The notes under the pieces: model-generated
What the model was told of the DNA's origin: nothing
What the model saw: the letters and a program-made list of their open reading frames with translations, nothing else
The model's database searches: none
Shown here: positions 11,133 to 25,091 of the stretch, in pieces
Layout: each line of letters opens with the position of its first letter
Numbering within the stretch: position 1 is the first letter of the stretch
DNA from: Vicugna vicugna
Taxonomy: Eukaryota
Assembly (NCBI GenBank): GCA_013265495.1
Contig: MU058451.1
Location: 886,584-950,583 of the forward strand
Length of the DNA stretch: 64,000 nucleotides
Reading direction: 5' to 3'
Translations under genes and position numbers: made by a program

Positions 11133-12885
11133 AAAATACTTAGGAGGTGAAGGATCTCCACACTGAAAACTGTAAGACATGGATGAAAGAAATTAAAAAG
11201 GTATCCTATGTTCATGGATTGGAAGAATTAATACTGTTAAAATGTCCATAGTACCCCAAACCCATCTACAGATTCAATGCACTTTTTATTAAGATTCTAA
11301 TAGTGTTTTTAACAGAATAGAAAAAACAGTCTTAAAATTTATATGGAACTATAAAAGGCCCCAAATTGCCAAAGAAATCCTAAGAAAGAACAAAGTGGGA
11401 GGCATCACACTTTCTAATTTCAAGCTATAATTATAAAGCTATGGTAATCAAAACATAAAATCAAAATTTTATGGTACTGGCATAAAAACAGACACAGAAA
11501 AACCAAGCAGAATCCAGAGCCCAGAAATAAACCCATGTACAAATGCTAAGCTAATATTTGTACAAGGGAGCCAAGAATATTCAAGAAAAGACAGTCTCTT
11601 CAATAAATGTTGCTGGAATACTGGCTATTCAGATAAAATAATGAAACAATTAACTTGAAAAGGTCTAAAGGCTTAAATGTAAGAACAGAAACCCTAAAAC
11701 TCCTATAAGAAAACATAGGAAAAAAGCTCCTTGACATGAGTCTTGGCAATCATTTTTCAGATATGACACCTAAAGCACAAGAAACAACAACAAAAAATGT
11801 GAACTACATCAAACTAAAAAAAAAAAAAGCTTCTGCACAGCAAAAGAAGTGACTGACAAAATGAAAAGACAACCTATGGAATGAGAAAAAATATCTGTAA
11901 ACCATATATGTGATAAAGGGTTGACATCATTCAACTCAGTAGCAAAATAAATAACTCAATTTAAAAATGGGCAGAGGACCTGAATAGACATTTTTGCAAA
12001 GATATACAGATGGCCAACAATTATCTGAAGAGGCGTTCAACGTTGCTAATCGGAGAAATGCAAATCAAAACCACAGTGAGGTTATCACCTCTGAGCTTTT
12101 TAGAATGGCCTTCAGCAAAATGACAAGAGATAACAAAGGCTGATGAAAATGCAGAGAAAAGGGAACACTTACGTGGTGTTGGTCACAATGTAAATTGGTA
12201 CAGCCATTCTGATAAACAGTATGGTGGCTTCTCAAAAAATTAAAAATAGAAGTACTACATGATTGAACAATCCCACTTCTGGGTATATATCCAAAGGAAA
12301 TGAAAACACCGTGTCAAAGAGATATCTGCACCCTCATGTTCATAGCCACATTATTTATAATAGCCAAGACATGGAAATGACCTAAGTGTCCACTGACAGA
12401 TGAACGGATAAAGACATTGTGGTATATATACATATAATGAAATACTTGGCCATAAAAAGGAGATCCTGCCAGTTGCAACAACATGGATGGACTTTGAGGG
12501 CATTATGCTAAGTGAAATAAGACAAAGACAATACTGTGTGATCGCACTTAGATGTGGAATTAAAAAACAAAAAACCTAAAGTCATTGAAAAAGATCAGAT
12601 TTGTGGTTACCAGAGGCAAGGTGTGTGGGGAGGGAAAGGGAATTAGATGAAGGTAGTCAAAAGATACAGCCCCAGTACTTATTTACCTTCTAACTGGAAG
12701 TGTGTAACATGCAATATGGTGACTACAGTTAACACTGCTACATGGTATATTCGAAAGATAAGAGTCTACTAACCTTATTGTGGTAATCATTTCACAGTAT
12801 ATGTAAGTCAAGACATTAGGTTGTACAGCTTAAATTTATACAATGCTGAATGTCAATTGTATCTCAATAAAACCGAGAATCAAAA
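11133..12885 (+). mobile_element. Host L1 ORF2 3' part and 3' UTR (L1MA9-like)
   Basis: Continues the ORF2 interrupted at 8275 (tgttcatggattggaagaattaata..., atcccacttctgggtatatatccaaagg); ends tgtcaattgtatctcaataaaa. Confidence 0.88.
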
Positions 12886-13699
12886 CAAATTCAGAGAGGG
12901 GAGAGCTCAGCTCTAAGCTGGAGGGGGTAAATGGGTTCTGCGCTGAATCTGAAGAATGGGCAACTGTGGTTAGGTAGGTGGAGAGGGATGGGACTCCCAG
13001 TCAGGAGATGCTATGTAACAAAGGTGCACAGATTACCTCCTGTGGAGGTAATGGGGCTGGAACACTGTGTTCATGATAAGCACTAATAAGAAGGGAGATT
13101 TTTTCTTTTCCAGGTAGAAGTATGTTAAGCAATTTAGTGAGGAACTGGGGGAAGGATGGAACGGAGGTGTGGCTGGTAGCAGAGAAACCAGGCAAAGGAA
13201 CAAGGGAAATGGAGTGAGTGCAATGATGGGAGACACACGGTGAAGAGAGAATTCACACTACTCGGTGATGGGTCTGAGGTAGAGAACAGCAAATCAAATT
13301 TGGGTGAACTGGTTTGGGACAGGAGAATTTATGTGCTGATACTCAGATGGGATACGTAAATGGAGAGAGTCCATCAGGTAACTAGAGCCATGGGACTGGA
13401 AACAGAGCAAACACACAAATCTTAACAGAAATGATAGCTGAGACTGATGTGTATATGATTTAGTTGGTCAAGATTAGGTGTATATTGAGAGAAGTGGATT
13501 CTAAGACCTAAATCATAGGAAGTAGCACATGCTTTTGGGTCATTAGAACCAAAATGTTCCGTGACTAATGGGAAAATAATAACACATACTTTCTATTCCT
13601 CTTGCCCATACGTGCAGCTTTCCACATCCCATTCTGCCATCTTTCCTCCTTGTCTGGTATTTTGCATTGATCCCTTCTGCGTACACATAAGATTAATAA

Positions 13700-14150
13700 T
13701 ATAAAAAGCTGGGTGCATGGACGCTCACATATAATCTGAATTTTGCTGAATTGTTAAAAATGTATTAACAAAATATTTCAAATACATAAAAGCACATAAC
13801 CTTTGCCCCGACTATTGTACTTCTAAGAACTGATCCTACAGATACACTTGCCCCCACATGAACCACAATGACTGCTCACTGTAGAACTGTTTGTAATAGT
13901 AAGTGCTGGAAACCACCGAAATGTTCAGCCCCAAGGGACTCATTAAATTATAGCGCGTCAACGTAACGGAATACGGATGCAGCCATTTGTGAGAAATTAG
14001 AGATGCAGAGTTGCATGTACTGAAATGGAATAACTACCAGGATATATATTAAGTGAAAAAAGCAGGTACGGAAAAAAGTGAATAGTTACCATTTGTATAA
14101 AAAATAAAGACTATATCTGTGCTTTCACATGCATATGTTCTCTCTAAGAA
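13700..14150 (+). mobile_element. Old L1ME-like fragment
   Basis: Diverged ORF2-end motifs (tgtttgtaatagtaag...ggaaaccac; atattaagtgaaaaaagcagg). Confidence 0.6.
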
Positions 14151-15574
14151 AATTTGCATATGGAGGTACAGATACTTCCCAAATTGTAAATAAAGAGATA
14201 CTCTAAGAACTCATGGAGCTTTGCTCTTTGATTATTTGTATATCTGTCTCCCCTCTGGACAGAAGTGAGCTCTTTAAGTTGAATTTCATCTTCGTTCTTA
14301 AAGACCTGGCAGATAGTTTGTGCTCGTTAAGTTAAATGAATGTAATGGCTTTAGAATAATAAAGTTCTGTACTCAGTGTGAGTCATCCCTGTGTCTCACT
14401 TAAATCAAACTAAAAGCAAAAACCTGCATTAAAAACGTCCTTTTCTAAACAGAAGAAGCTCTTATTTTTCTCCTGATTAAATTCAGAATCAAGCATTATT
14501 AATCAGATTCTCAGCTTCATCTGGGTTTTCAGCAAGTTTGGGAATGCACATTTATAATGGATGTTTGCCATCCCCCTTCCCTCCATGTTACTCACAAGAG
14601 GTTCATTTTAAGTCGTTTTCTGAAAAGTAAATAAAGTAAGTTTCATTACAGAGTTATAAAACGAGGCCATTTCTACTCTGGAACCAAAAACTGTCAGCAT
14701 GCATTTTTTTACTTACATTTTGATTTTTTAAAAATCACACATATATGCCTGGTTATTTTCACTTGAGGTAAGCTGTATTAGGGAAACAAAGAATTTGATG
14801 GTAAAAAAGAAAGCCTGGCAGATTTTGACAACAAAAGAGATACATGAAAGAAAGCTCTCTAGAGGCAGATGACTTGCTTCTTTGCACAGTCTAAGAGCAA
14901 AGAGGGGCTTGGAGATAACTCTTAAAAGAGATCTTTTTAGAATAATTTTTTTTTTAAACCAAAGGTATTTCTAACCTTCTCTTTGAAGGGTTTTTTTTTT
15001 AATAATATGAATTACAGAATTAGATGAAATTACTGATGAAACTCCTGGAACACTGGTAAAGAGAACCAGGGGGACAGAGCAGATTTCAGATGACCGAGAC
15101 AAAACAGGTCACGGGCAGAGTACTTCCTGGTTTCCATTTCTGGGCTTAAGTACCTACCAGTAGCAGAACACTATTTAGGGAGAGGAAAGACATCTCAGCA
15201 GGAAAGAGAGTTTTGTACTAGAGTTTTAAAAGGTGACAGGAAACTAAGAGACAAGCTAAATGGTTAAAACTGATTTAGAAGAAATGCAAAAGGTTTTGGT
15301 TTTGTGAAACATTTTTGTGCTCAAACTTGCAGAACTCCACTAGTTACTAGTTCTTTGGTAGCTTTTAATTTAATAATCTGAAATGCTTGCAAACTACATG
15401 ATATACTAGAATGATTTATCTTTAAAATTTTAATCATGAATGTAAAATTAGAACGAAACACTGCACACTTTATTCTAACAATTTAAAAAAATCATTAAAA
15501 TTCCTTTTTTAATAAATAAATCATTAAGATATGAAAATAAAGTTTATAATTTGAAGGAACTTTGTGCTACATCT

Positions 15575-15800
15575 CATAATTGGCTTTAAATCCTAGTTTG
15601 GCCAATTTCTAGCTGTGTGATCTTGTATTCACCTTCCTGTGCCTCAGTTTTCTCGTTTATAAAGTGGATCTAAGGACTCCTCATAAAATTTTTGGTGAAG
15701 ATTTAATGAGATGATAGATACAAAGTGCCTAAAAGAGGGTCTGGGACATGATGAGGACTTTAAAATTGACAGTAATTCTTGATACTTACTATTATGATTA
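15575..15800 (+). mobile_element. MIR relic
   Basis: ctagctgtgtgatcttg...ctgtgcctcagttttctcgtttataaa...gtgaagatttaatgagat. Confidence 0.7.
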
Positions 15801-17679
15801 TGAATCCTTCTATAACCTGACCATCTCTTTATTTCTCTAGCTTGAATTTTCACAGAGTTTTTAAAATGTGACACTAAATTGTAGTCTTTCCCCTGAATTA
15901 AATACTTAAATACTTCCCCTAAATTAAATATTAAATATTCTCTATTTCTATGCAAAACTCCACACATTAAAGATACTCATTATTTACTGTGAATTATTAG
16001 ATTCTTGTCTCTTAACTTATGCACAAAGTAACCTAGAAAGGCTAGACAGAATTTAAGAAAGAAATGGTCACTTTGTCACTCTAGATGGATGACATCTGAA
16101 TCTTATGCACTATTAATAGGAATCTGCATCTTCTGAAAACTCTGTACACTTTACAAACATACAAAAATCTCTTACAACTCCTAGTCACAGTTTCATTAGA
16201 GTTCCCACGCCTACCTCTCAAGCTGCAGAGTTTGTAACAGATGGTACAGGACTCATCACATACACTTATCCCAAGAAATTACAACCGAAAGTTGAAGCTA
16301 CAAGTATTCATGCACGGTCCAGAAATTTAAAGAGGGTGTTCTTTGCACGCAGCTGCCTAATTCTTTTTGTATAAATGTGTGTGTTTGTCCTGAATAAAAA
16401 TAACATGTCCAAAGAAAGACAGTGGAAACAGTTTTAACTATTCCTCAAAGGGAGCAAATACTCTTAGTTCTATTACTGCTTTCAATTCTAACCTCAAGCC
16501 AAGAATTCCTTTACATTTTCCTTGTTGTGTTCACCCATGCACACATCTAAAAAACATACTTCTCAGAAAGGTATAGGGTAAGACTCACTCACAGAAACCT
16601 TGATGGGGGCCCAAAAGATTTTGTGTTCCTTGCATTTTAAGTGATGACTTAAATGACTTTCATAAACATTCGTCTGTCTACCGCAAGCTAGAAAGCCACC
16701 TTCTGGCAACTTTCTCTTGAAATTCAATCTTTCTGGGGAACACTAGATGGAGAAGGACCAGCCTGGAGGGCAGATTCACACCTTGGCCCTGGGCCATATT
16801 GGCATGAAATGCTCCTCTTCAGTTCTACAGAGCTCAGAGGTGTAAATCTATTCCATGTTCCCCTACCCACCAGAAGGTCCTGTCTAGAAACGGCATGGGG
16901 ATTCCAGAGGCTTTCTCAGGAAAAAGACTTGAGTCTGGATTTCCACCAAATATTCTCTTTAACTCTCCAAGGTTGAGTTTTGGGTATTCTATTTAGTCTG
17001 GGAAAGAGTTCTTTTTATGAAGACAGCCCAGAGGGCTAACAGAGGTACCCAATGGCAATGGCGGTGGCCACTGGTGAAGATGGAACACAGAATTAGTGCT
17101 GAGATGGCAAACACTGCTTAACATCAGGCTTTAAGAAAGTGTGTGTGGGTTTCCGACAGCACCCGTCACACTTGGGGAGACTAACCCTGGGCACATCATG
17201 CATCTATGTGTGTAAGTGAAATAATCTATTATTTACAGAACTAGGTAGGGTCAGCTTCTGTGCTTCTGTTGGCATTTAGAGGCACTGAGGTGAATGAAGT
17301 TTTCTTTAGATTCTGTAAGGAGGCTGGCCACTTGTCACCCTTAATGCTGCATCTATGGTCTGGTGACTTTATGTGCCATTTCTGGTATATACTGGACTAT
17401 TCCAGAAGAGTTGAATTGTTGCCTCCGTTATGGAAAGATACAGTGATTTCTATGAGTGAGTGTGTAAGGAAGAGAAGAAAAAATTATCCTAATGGCTAAT
17501 CTCATAAAATATTTAATGCTCTTCAATTTAAGAAATATTTAGAGCATGACTGTGCCAAGATTTAGGGATTTGTGGGGGAAAAAAATTGAAGACAGAGTCT
17601 CAACAATGAAGCAAAATAAGGTCCCTGCCTCTCAGGAGCACACATGTCACTGCTGAAACAGACACATACACAAATAATT

Positions 17680-17900
17680 AATAATGTCCACCACTTGCTG
17701 CCTACTTCCTACCTATCAGGCTCTGTTTTATATCTTAACTAACTCCAATCCTTAAACTAGCCCAATGCACTAGGTGCTGTTATTCGGCCCATCTGCAGAC
17801 AAGGAGAGAGGAAGAGACGGGTAAAGCAACTTGTTCAAAATCACAGAACTGGTAGATGGTAAAGCTGGAATTCAGACCAGGCTGTCTGGCTCAAGTGTGC
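17680..17900 (-). mobile_element. MIR relic
   Basis: cccatctgcagacaaggag...gtaaagcaacttgttcaaaatcacag...ggaattcagaccaggctgtctggctc. Confidence 0.65.
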
Positions 17901-18885
17901 AAGTTACTTACAACAGCTTCTCCAATTAAAGTAGGAGTGGTGCTCCTGCAGCTGAGTTCTCACAAACGAGGGAGATAGAAAAGGTGGTACAGAAACTGGA
18001 TTTCGAAAAATGAGTAAGACAATGACAGTAGGGCATTGGAGGAAGGATCATGCTCAGCAGGGACGAAGTGCTGGGCATGGCCAGAGGGAGGTAAGCAGAC
18101 GAGTGTGGCTCCCGCAAAAGGTGCAGGAGTGAAGGCGCCGAAAGGCAGGCTGTTACTAGACTGTGAAGACCCTGAGTGCCAGGCTAAGGAATGTGGTCCT
18201 CTCTTCCTTCCCCTCTTTTTAAAATGCAACAAAGGACATTAACAAGAAAGCTTTTTAAGGGAAGTGACAGAATTACACTTGTGCAGATACAGAAGAATAG
18301 AAAGAAGTATTTGGGCAAATTGGGAGTCACGGGACCTACGGTTGGGTCTGCTCCCTTCCTCCTCTCTGAGCATCCCCAAAGAGGCAAGGCACTGACCTCG
18401 TGATCAAAAGAAGGCACCATACTCTAGGGTAGAAAATAGTTTTGCAAGCCAGCTCTGACCAGCTGGTAATTTTTCTGACTTGATGTTTGCAAGGCTACAT
18501 GCAGGGTCAGGTAATACAGGTTTAATCACCTGGTGATGTCTGCTATGAGCGGCACTCGGGCAGGGAGGGCCAAGCTGGCATGAGCAGACATGTGTGCTGT
18601 CTCTGTTCTGGATGATGGCCACAGAGCTAAGTCTCCTTTCTGTCCCCAAGTCTACATCCTATGAAGACCAACCACCTGTGACCCTTGAGCTTCTGTCTGT
18701 CACTCTTCAAAAAGATCACTTGATAGTGATTTAAATCTACTCTGCCATTTGTCAGTGCTTACAGTTCTAAACACATTCATGATCTGTTGCGGAGAAATGG
18801 AACTTACTTAAATGATCCAGGTGGGAGAATTCTGAGGACTAAGAAAAATTCAGCAGCACAGGACGCACCAATGAGGTACACTCAC

Positions 18886-18986
18886 CTTTTTTGCTCCTTG
18901 TTCCTCTTCCACACCGTCTCCTATAACGACGTACACCACTTTTCTTCCAAACCTTTGAATTATCCTCTCAAAACAGCTTTCCTTTC
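18886..18986 (-). CDS. EYA1: EYA1 penultimate coding exon (101 nt), (G)[33 protein letters not shown]
   Basis: Inside ORF 18850..19086; contains the HAD lysine and GDGxEE motif. Acceptor ttcattag, donor AAG|gtgagt. Confidence 0.97.
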
Positions 18987-21959
18987 CTAATGAACAAAAG
19001 CAAATGATCAAAAATGTAAAATCTGGGGACATCAGCACTCTAGGGATTGAACATTTTATATAAAATGCTTTCTCCATGCTCTGCATCTAACCCCATCATA
19101 CTCATGCAAACTAGGTGGTTTTATGTGCCATTTGGGTCACATGTAGAACAGCACAGTACATCCCAAACTGAACATGAATCATCCATGTGGCATCCTGTCC
19201 TTTGGAAATGGACAATTTTAGTACATTTTCCCCAAAGACTCACTTATTAGAAAGTAAGACTGAAGTCAATCACAGTTGCAGCGTTTGACAGCAGTCCTTT
19301 TCCCCTTACAAGCGAATTCTAAACAAAAGCTTGCCATTCTGGGCAACACATTTGAACTTGATTTAAAAACTATTTCATGACACATCAAAGTCTGAAGATA
19401 ATATCTGATCGAAAGGCTATTGAGAAGGATGGAAGAGACTGAAGGATTGGTTTTGTTACGGCAAGAGAAATCACACAGGAGACTTAGCATCTCAACCAGA
19501 AAAGGATGGGATAAACTATCTGAATGAAAGGCTCCCAGGGCCCAATGGGTTCACATGAAATATTCTTGGAAAGCTGCTTCTGAAATAAATGTCAGGTAAT
19601 TTGGGGCCCTACAAGAGACAGCACAGCATGCCTGCCTTGCCCAGGCATCGCACGTTCAATGAAGCACTTTCCAAAACAAAGGCAGGATAAAGGTAAGAGA
19701 ATGCCCTTCTCTATCTATGATCTTTCCCATGTCAAGACTCAGTTTGGGCTCCCGGGGCTGCTACGCCGTCAGCACATCCACAGTTAATGCGGCCATTGTT
19801 TCTCGGGGCAGGAACTGGGTTCCAAGTCCGTGGCTGCCAGTAGGGTCATTTTAATGGACAATGGGACAGTTTATAGTTTTCAAATGTGAATGGCTGAGCG
19901 GGGACTGCACCTCTTTCAAATAAGGATCAGATATACACATGAACAAATTGCTTGTTTGCTTAAACAAATGTCGGCTTTACATTTGTATTTTGCACTAAAA
20001 TCTCTAGTTTGCATCTGACAGAACGAAACAGGGCCAGCCTTATTCAAAGGATGTAATTTCAATGATGCCTTAGTTGCCCACTAACCTGTAAAATATTAAA
20101 TCAATTTAAGAAACAAATACAAAGGCTAGTTTTCACTGCCAAAACTATACAACCAAACACCTAGATGTCATGAAACTCACCCCTACCCGCCGGTCCCGAC
20201 CCTGCCTTAAAGGGAAAGGCCTGCGTGTTTCTGTAAAGTTTCCTTTTCATGGAAAAAGGAAGTTACTCTCAATGTTCCTTAAAAGTGAAGCTCTGGGGGA
20301 CCAAAAAATCCTCATCTAAACACTGTCTCCTACAGGTTACATTGTGAATTTGGGGTCATGTCAACATTTTCCACAACAAGGATTCATTGGCTGAAGCTGC
20401 CTTTTAGATAGACATTAATTTGAGGTCTTACATGAAGTTTTCATTTTGATGAATCCATTTTCTCTGAAAGAACATCACAGCTCTGCTGAATCAGAGGCCA
20501 GTCATCCCCTTTCCTGACTTTGCCATTTTGCCTACAAGGAAATTTCCTGGGTTTTTCTGCACTGATCCTCAAATTTTAACTCAGTTGATGGTAAAATCAG
20601 CAAATAACTTACAGGACACTCAATCCCTACTCTTCTTATTAAGAAAAACCACAGAAAAAATGATTCTATTGCTGGTTTTGAGATTGATTCTACCACCACA
20701 CAGTTTTTAAATCTAATTTTTATTCTGTACTAAAAAAAAAAAATTCAAGTCCAGTATTGCCCATTAAAAAAATACCTTCTTGATTGTTATTGTAATTTCC
20801 TATTATCCTAACACTTTCACATTATTTGGGATTAAAGTTCAATGTGCATGTAATACACTCTTTGTTCTTTCCTTCTGGGAAGTTAAGTACTATCCCTTGG
20901 GTATTATACACTTACTTGGAAATATGTTCTTTCTTTCATGTGCTGATAAGCCTGTACCTTGGATCTCTGTTTAAAAAATGTATGATTCCTCTTTATTGAT
21001 GTAGATAGAATAAAGAACTGAGCTGATGGAAACTGATGGCTAGTTCACAGGAGAACATAAAAAATTCTGGTTCTATCAGGCTACTATGAATCTGTTTGGT
21101 ATATTCCTTTTTTGAAATAAGTGCTTTCCAGTATTCTGTTCTTGGCCCTTCTCAGGAGGCTTCAGTCTTTCTCAGACTCCAACTATTTCCAAGTTGACAG
21201 GGCTATCTGAATATCCCATGGGTTCTTTAAACTCAACACGGGTAAGATCAAACCCTTATCTTTGCCATCAAACCTGATTCCCCCATCAGCGAATGGTGTC
21301 ACTACTGACCCAGCTGTCTAAAAGAAACCTGTGTGTCAGCCTTTAAACAGCCATTTATTCATCTATTTCATTCAACATTTATTGAGCACCTACTATGTGC
21401 TGGTCTCTGTAGGATGGGTGAGACACACAGACTCAGTTGTCAAGGAGATTATGAACAAATAACTAAAGTGATCTTTTTTTTTTTTTAGGGATAATTTAGT
21501 AAGTGCGTTGAAGGAGAAGCACAAAGCAGACAGAGAGATGGACCTACAGGGATTCCATTTCGCCCCTTTTTCTTTGGGCAGAAACAACCTTGTTCCCACC
21601 TCCCAGGACACTCACCCCCCTCTCCCAGGACTCACTCACGTAATACTCGTTTCATTAGAGTCACATACAAGGCGATTTCTGACTAGACCCAAGTCTGCCT
21701 TTCCAGTGTCAGCTTCCCATGAGCGCTGTTAGTCACCCAGGACGACTCACAAGTCCCTTGGGTCCCTCAGCAGGGACACATTTTAATTCCTCTGTCACTG
21801 TCTTCTCACTAGCCCATCTGCCGAGTAAACTCTAATTTACCCTTCTATATCCAGCTCACATGTCACGTCTTCCTTTAGCCTTCACTGACACCTGCCCTCT
21901 GCCTCCTTCTGGGTGGGAGCGGCTGCTCCCCCGCTGAAGTGCACGTTCAGGCACATAGT

Positions 21960-22180
21960 GGTAGGACCCCTTAGGGTGTGGCAAGGAGCCTGCTGGAACC
22001 TGGACTCAGCTCTGCTTTGACCCCTCCACTTTATTTGCTGTTAACTTCAACAATCTACTTAAGTCTCTGAGCTTTAGTTTCCTCAGCTGTAAAATGGGAA
22101 GGCTGCCAAGATTGACTTTAATATCTAAAATGCTTAGTACACTTCTGGGCATCTAGAGAGCACTTGATAAATGCTCATTT
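21960..22180 (+). mobile_element. MIR relic amid L2 fragments
   Basis: ctctgagctttagtttcctcagctgtaaaatggg...tgcttagtacacttctggg. Confidence 0.65.
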
Positions 22181-22798
22181 ACATATGGCTTTATCATTTT
22201 ACAGTTATTTTGATGTCTGCATCCCCTGCTAGACTGTGAATTCCCTAAGAACAAGAGCCATGGCTTTTTTTTTTTAAATCCCTACTTTTATTTTGTCTTG
22301 GTTTATATTCCAACTAAATTTCACAATTATCTTTTTTCCAGATTACATTTCCTTCTTACAAGAATTTAATTATTTTTTGGATCCCCATAACAAAAATGGG
22401 AACTCAGTTGTTTATACACGTTGAATTAAAGCAAAAAAAAATAGTTCTAGTAATGGTGTATTTAATTAGAGTTGTTTTGTTAAAGCTGTTACTAGAGTGC
22501 TTTCATTTCTACTTTGTGTATCTCTATACAACTATTTGTTTTAGTTTATAAAATATTTTTGTTGGTGTTGCCTAAAAGAATGAAAATAAGATAATAATCT
22601 AGAAGTGATGCTAAGTTGATTATAGCTAAAACATGTAGGTTTTAATTTTAGCCAGTACAGTAAAATCTTCTAAGTTTCACTGCATGGATTATGCTCTGTA
22701 TTTCTCTTGATGCCTAAAGCCAATTTGGACAATAAAATTGGTTAAATTATTCTTCAAGTTTTCTGACATTTAGTATTCCAAAAAAAAAAAAAGTTCTA

Positions 22799-23023
<225 letters not shown>

Positions 23024-23100
23024 TCAAAAATCAACCTCCAAAATGAACAAGCAGAGCTCACTTTCGGGCAGACAGTGCGAAGCGGCCCGGGGAGGACTTA

Positions 23101-23247
<147 letters not shown>

Positions 23248-23389
23248 TTACCAGCGTGTCTCTTCAACTTTGTAAATAATAAGCATTTAAAACTACTCCA
23301 CCACCACCCTCAAGCAGTGGAGTCTACTAAGCGATTTTTCACATGATCTCATTACTCGACAAACATTTATTTAGCACTAGGGGGAACAT

Positions 23390-23830
23390 CTATTGTTTGA
23401 GCATCCCTTCTGGCTATGGAAGTCTTCTTTTAGGGGGGGGCCTCCTCACCCCCACACTCCTCCAGCCATGTAATCTGGGCAGAGCTGACCCTAGCCTCTG
23501 GCTCCCAGGGTAGGCGTATGGCCTTGGGGTGGCCAGTGAAAGTCTGTCTGAGAACTTCTGCTGAATCTATTGGGAAGGACATTTTTCCAGCCCATGGAGG
23601 TGCCTGACTGGTAGGTGATAAGTCTGGATCTCTCGGTGGTCATCTTTGCTACCTTTTGGGAGAAAGTGACTCCAATGACTCGCACTCAGATGGGAAAGCG
23701 CAGGCCAGAGATTACCGATGGCATCATCTAAGCAGCTGGATTTCCAGAAACCACCCACCTGACACTTTTCATTAGGTCAATATATTCCTTTTTGTGCTAA
23801 AGCTATTTTCAGCCACAGTCAAAAGATCTA
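23390..23830. mobile_element. Probable MLT1-type (ERVL-MaLR) LTR relic within the GC-AG intron
   Basis: Diverged resemblance to MLT1J/K-type LTRs; family assignment uncertain. Confidence 0.4.
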
Positions 23831-24140
23831 AACTCATAGAAGCATCTATCGCATAGAAGGAGCTTTATAATTCATCTCAAGTCCTTTAGGCAAGAGGTCA
23901 AGAAACTTAATCCAGGTCACACCGTTACTAAGTAATGGAGCCAGGACTAGACCAGCCTGGCCAGGGCCACGGCTGGAGTCTGATCTTTCTGTCACTAAGT
24001 CACAGCAGAATAAGCACAGGTTAGATGAAACTGCTCTCAACAAAGCTGTTCCATCCACAAACATATGATGCAGAAGTGTGTGGGACTTGCAGTGTTTTAT
24101 CGAGACTGTCTTAACCAATCCAGTGAGATACTGGGAGTCA

Positions 24141-24350
<210 letters not shown>

Positions 24351-24417
24351 TCATCTTAGTTAGCTGAGCAATTAAACTACAACATGGAGACCATCCCTTC
24401 ATGGTCAGCGGGCTCAC

Positions 24418-24476
24418 CTTAGGTCCTGTCCATTGTCATCTGAAGAGACATCGTCTATATGAACTTGGTCACATTC
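24418..24476 (-). CDS. EYA1: EYA1 coding exon (59 nt), ECDQVHIDDVSSDDNGQDL(S)
   Basis: Translation matches the EYA domain. Acceptor ttttag, donor AAG|gtgagc. Confidence 0.97.
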
Positions 24477-25024
24477 CTAAAATGCAATTAAAATGATACG
24501 TTAGTTTCCAAAAAGCATCTACATTTTTTTGGGAAAACAAAAAACAAGAAACCACACACATAGCTATTTTTAACTGTAACTGGAGTGTTTTCCAACCATG
24601 TCAATCAGTAGGTGGCAGTCTTGTTAAATTGACATTTTTACCTACTTCGGGTCCTTTTTCACTATAAGAAATGAGCATGTCATTAAGGACTACTGTTATT
24701 CAGCTTCAGAAAACACATTTTTGTGCTTAGAAGGGAAAGTGACTGAAAACAATCAGCATATATATCCCGTAAACCTCAGGTACCTGAAGACATCGCGCTG
24801 GTCTGAGAGCTGATTCAGTCAGTGCCGAAGCATAACTGAAACCAGACATTTCGGTAAATCTAACATGCTAGAAAAATTAAACCTGATGCTAACTGCCAAT
24901 GAAATTATGACCTTTGATTGCTGTCGAGCCACACACCAACACAGCCCGAGGCCAGCGTGCGGAGGAGCCCAGACCAGAAAATCTGTTACTGGTTTGCCAT
25001 TGATTTGAGAGATGCAGGTTTTAT

Positions 25025-25064
<40 letters not shown>

Positions 25065-25091
25065 TCTGTGTGTTTGTGTGTGTGTGTGTGT
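25025..25091. repeat. Compound (CT)n(GT)n microsatellite
   Basis: Directly visible. Confidence 0.95.

Noticed and set aside
18795..18885. Second gtaagt donor ~80 nt past the penultimate exon, possible alternative C-terminus [11 protein letters not shown]
   Set aside because: The canonical donor is strong; extension creates a premature stop and there is no transcript evidence.
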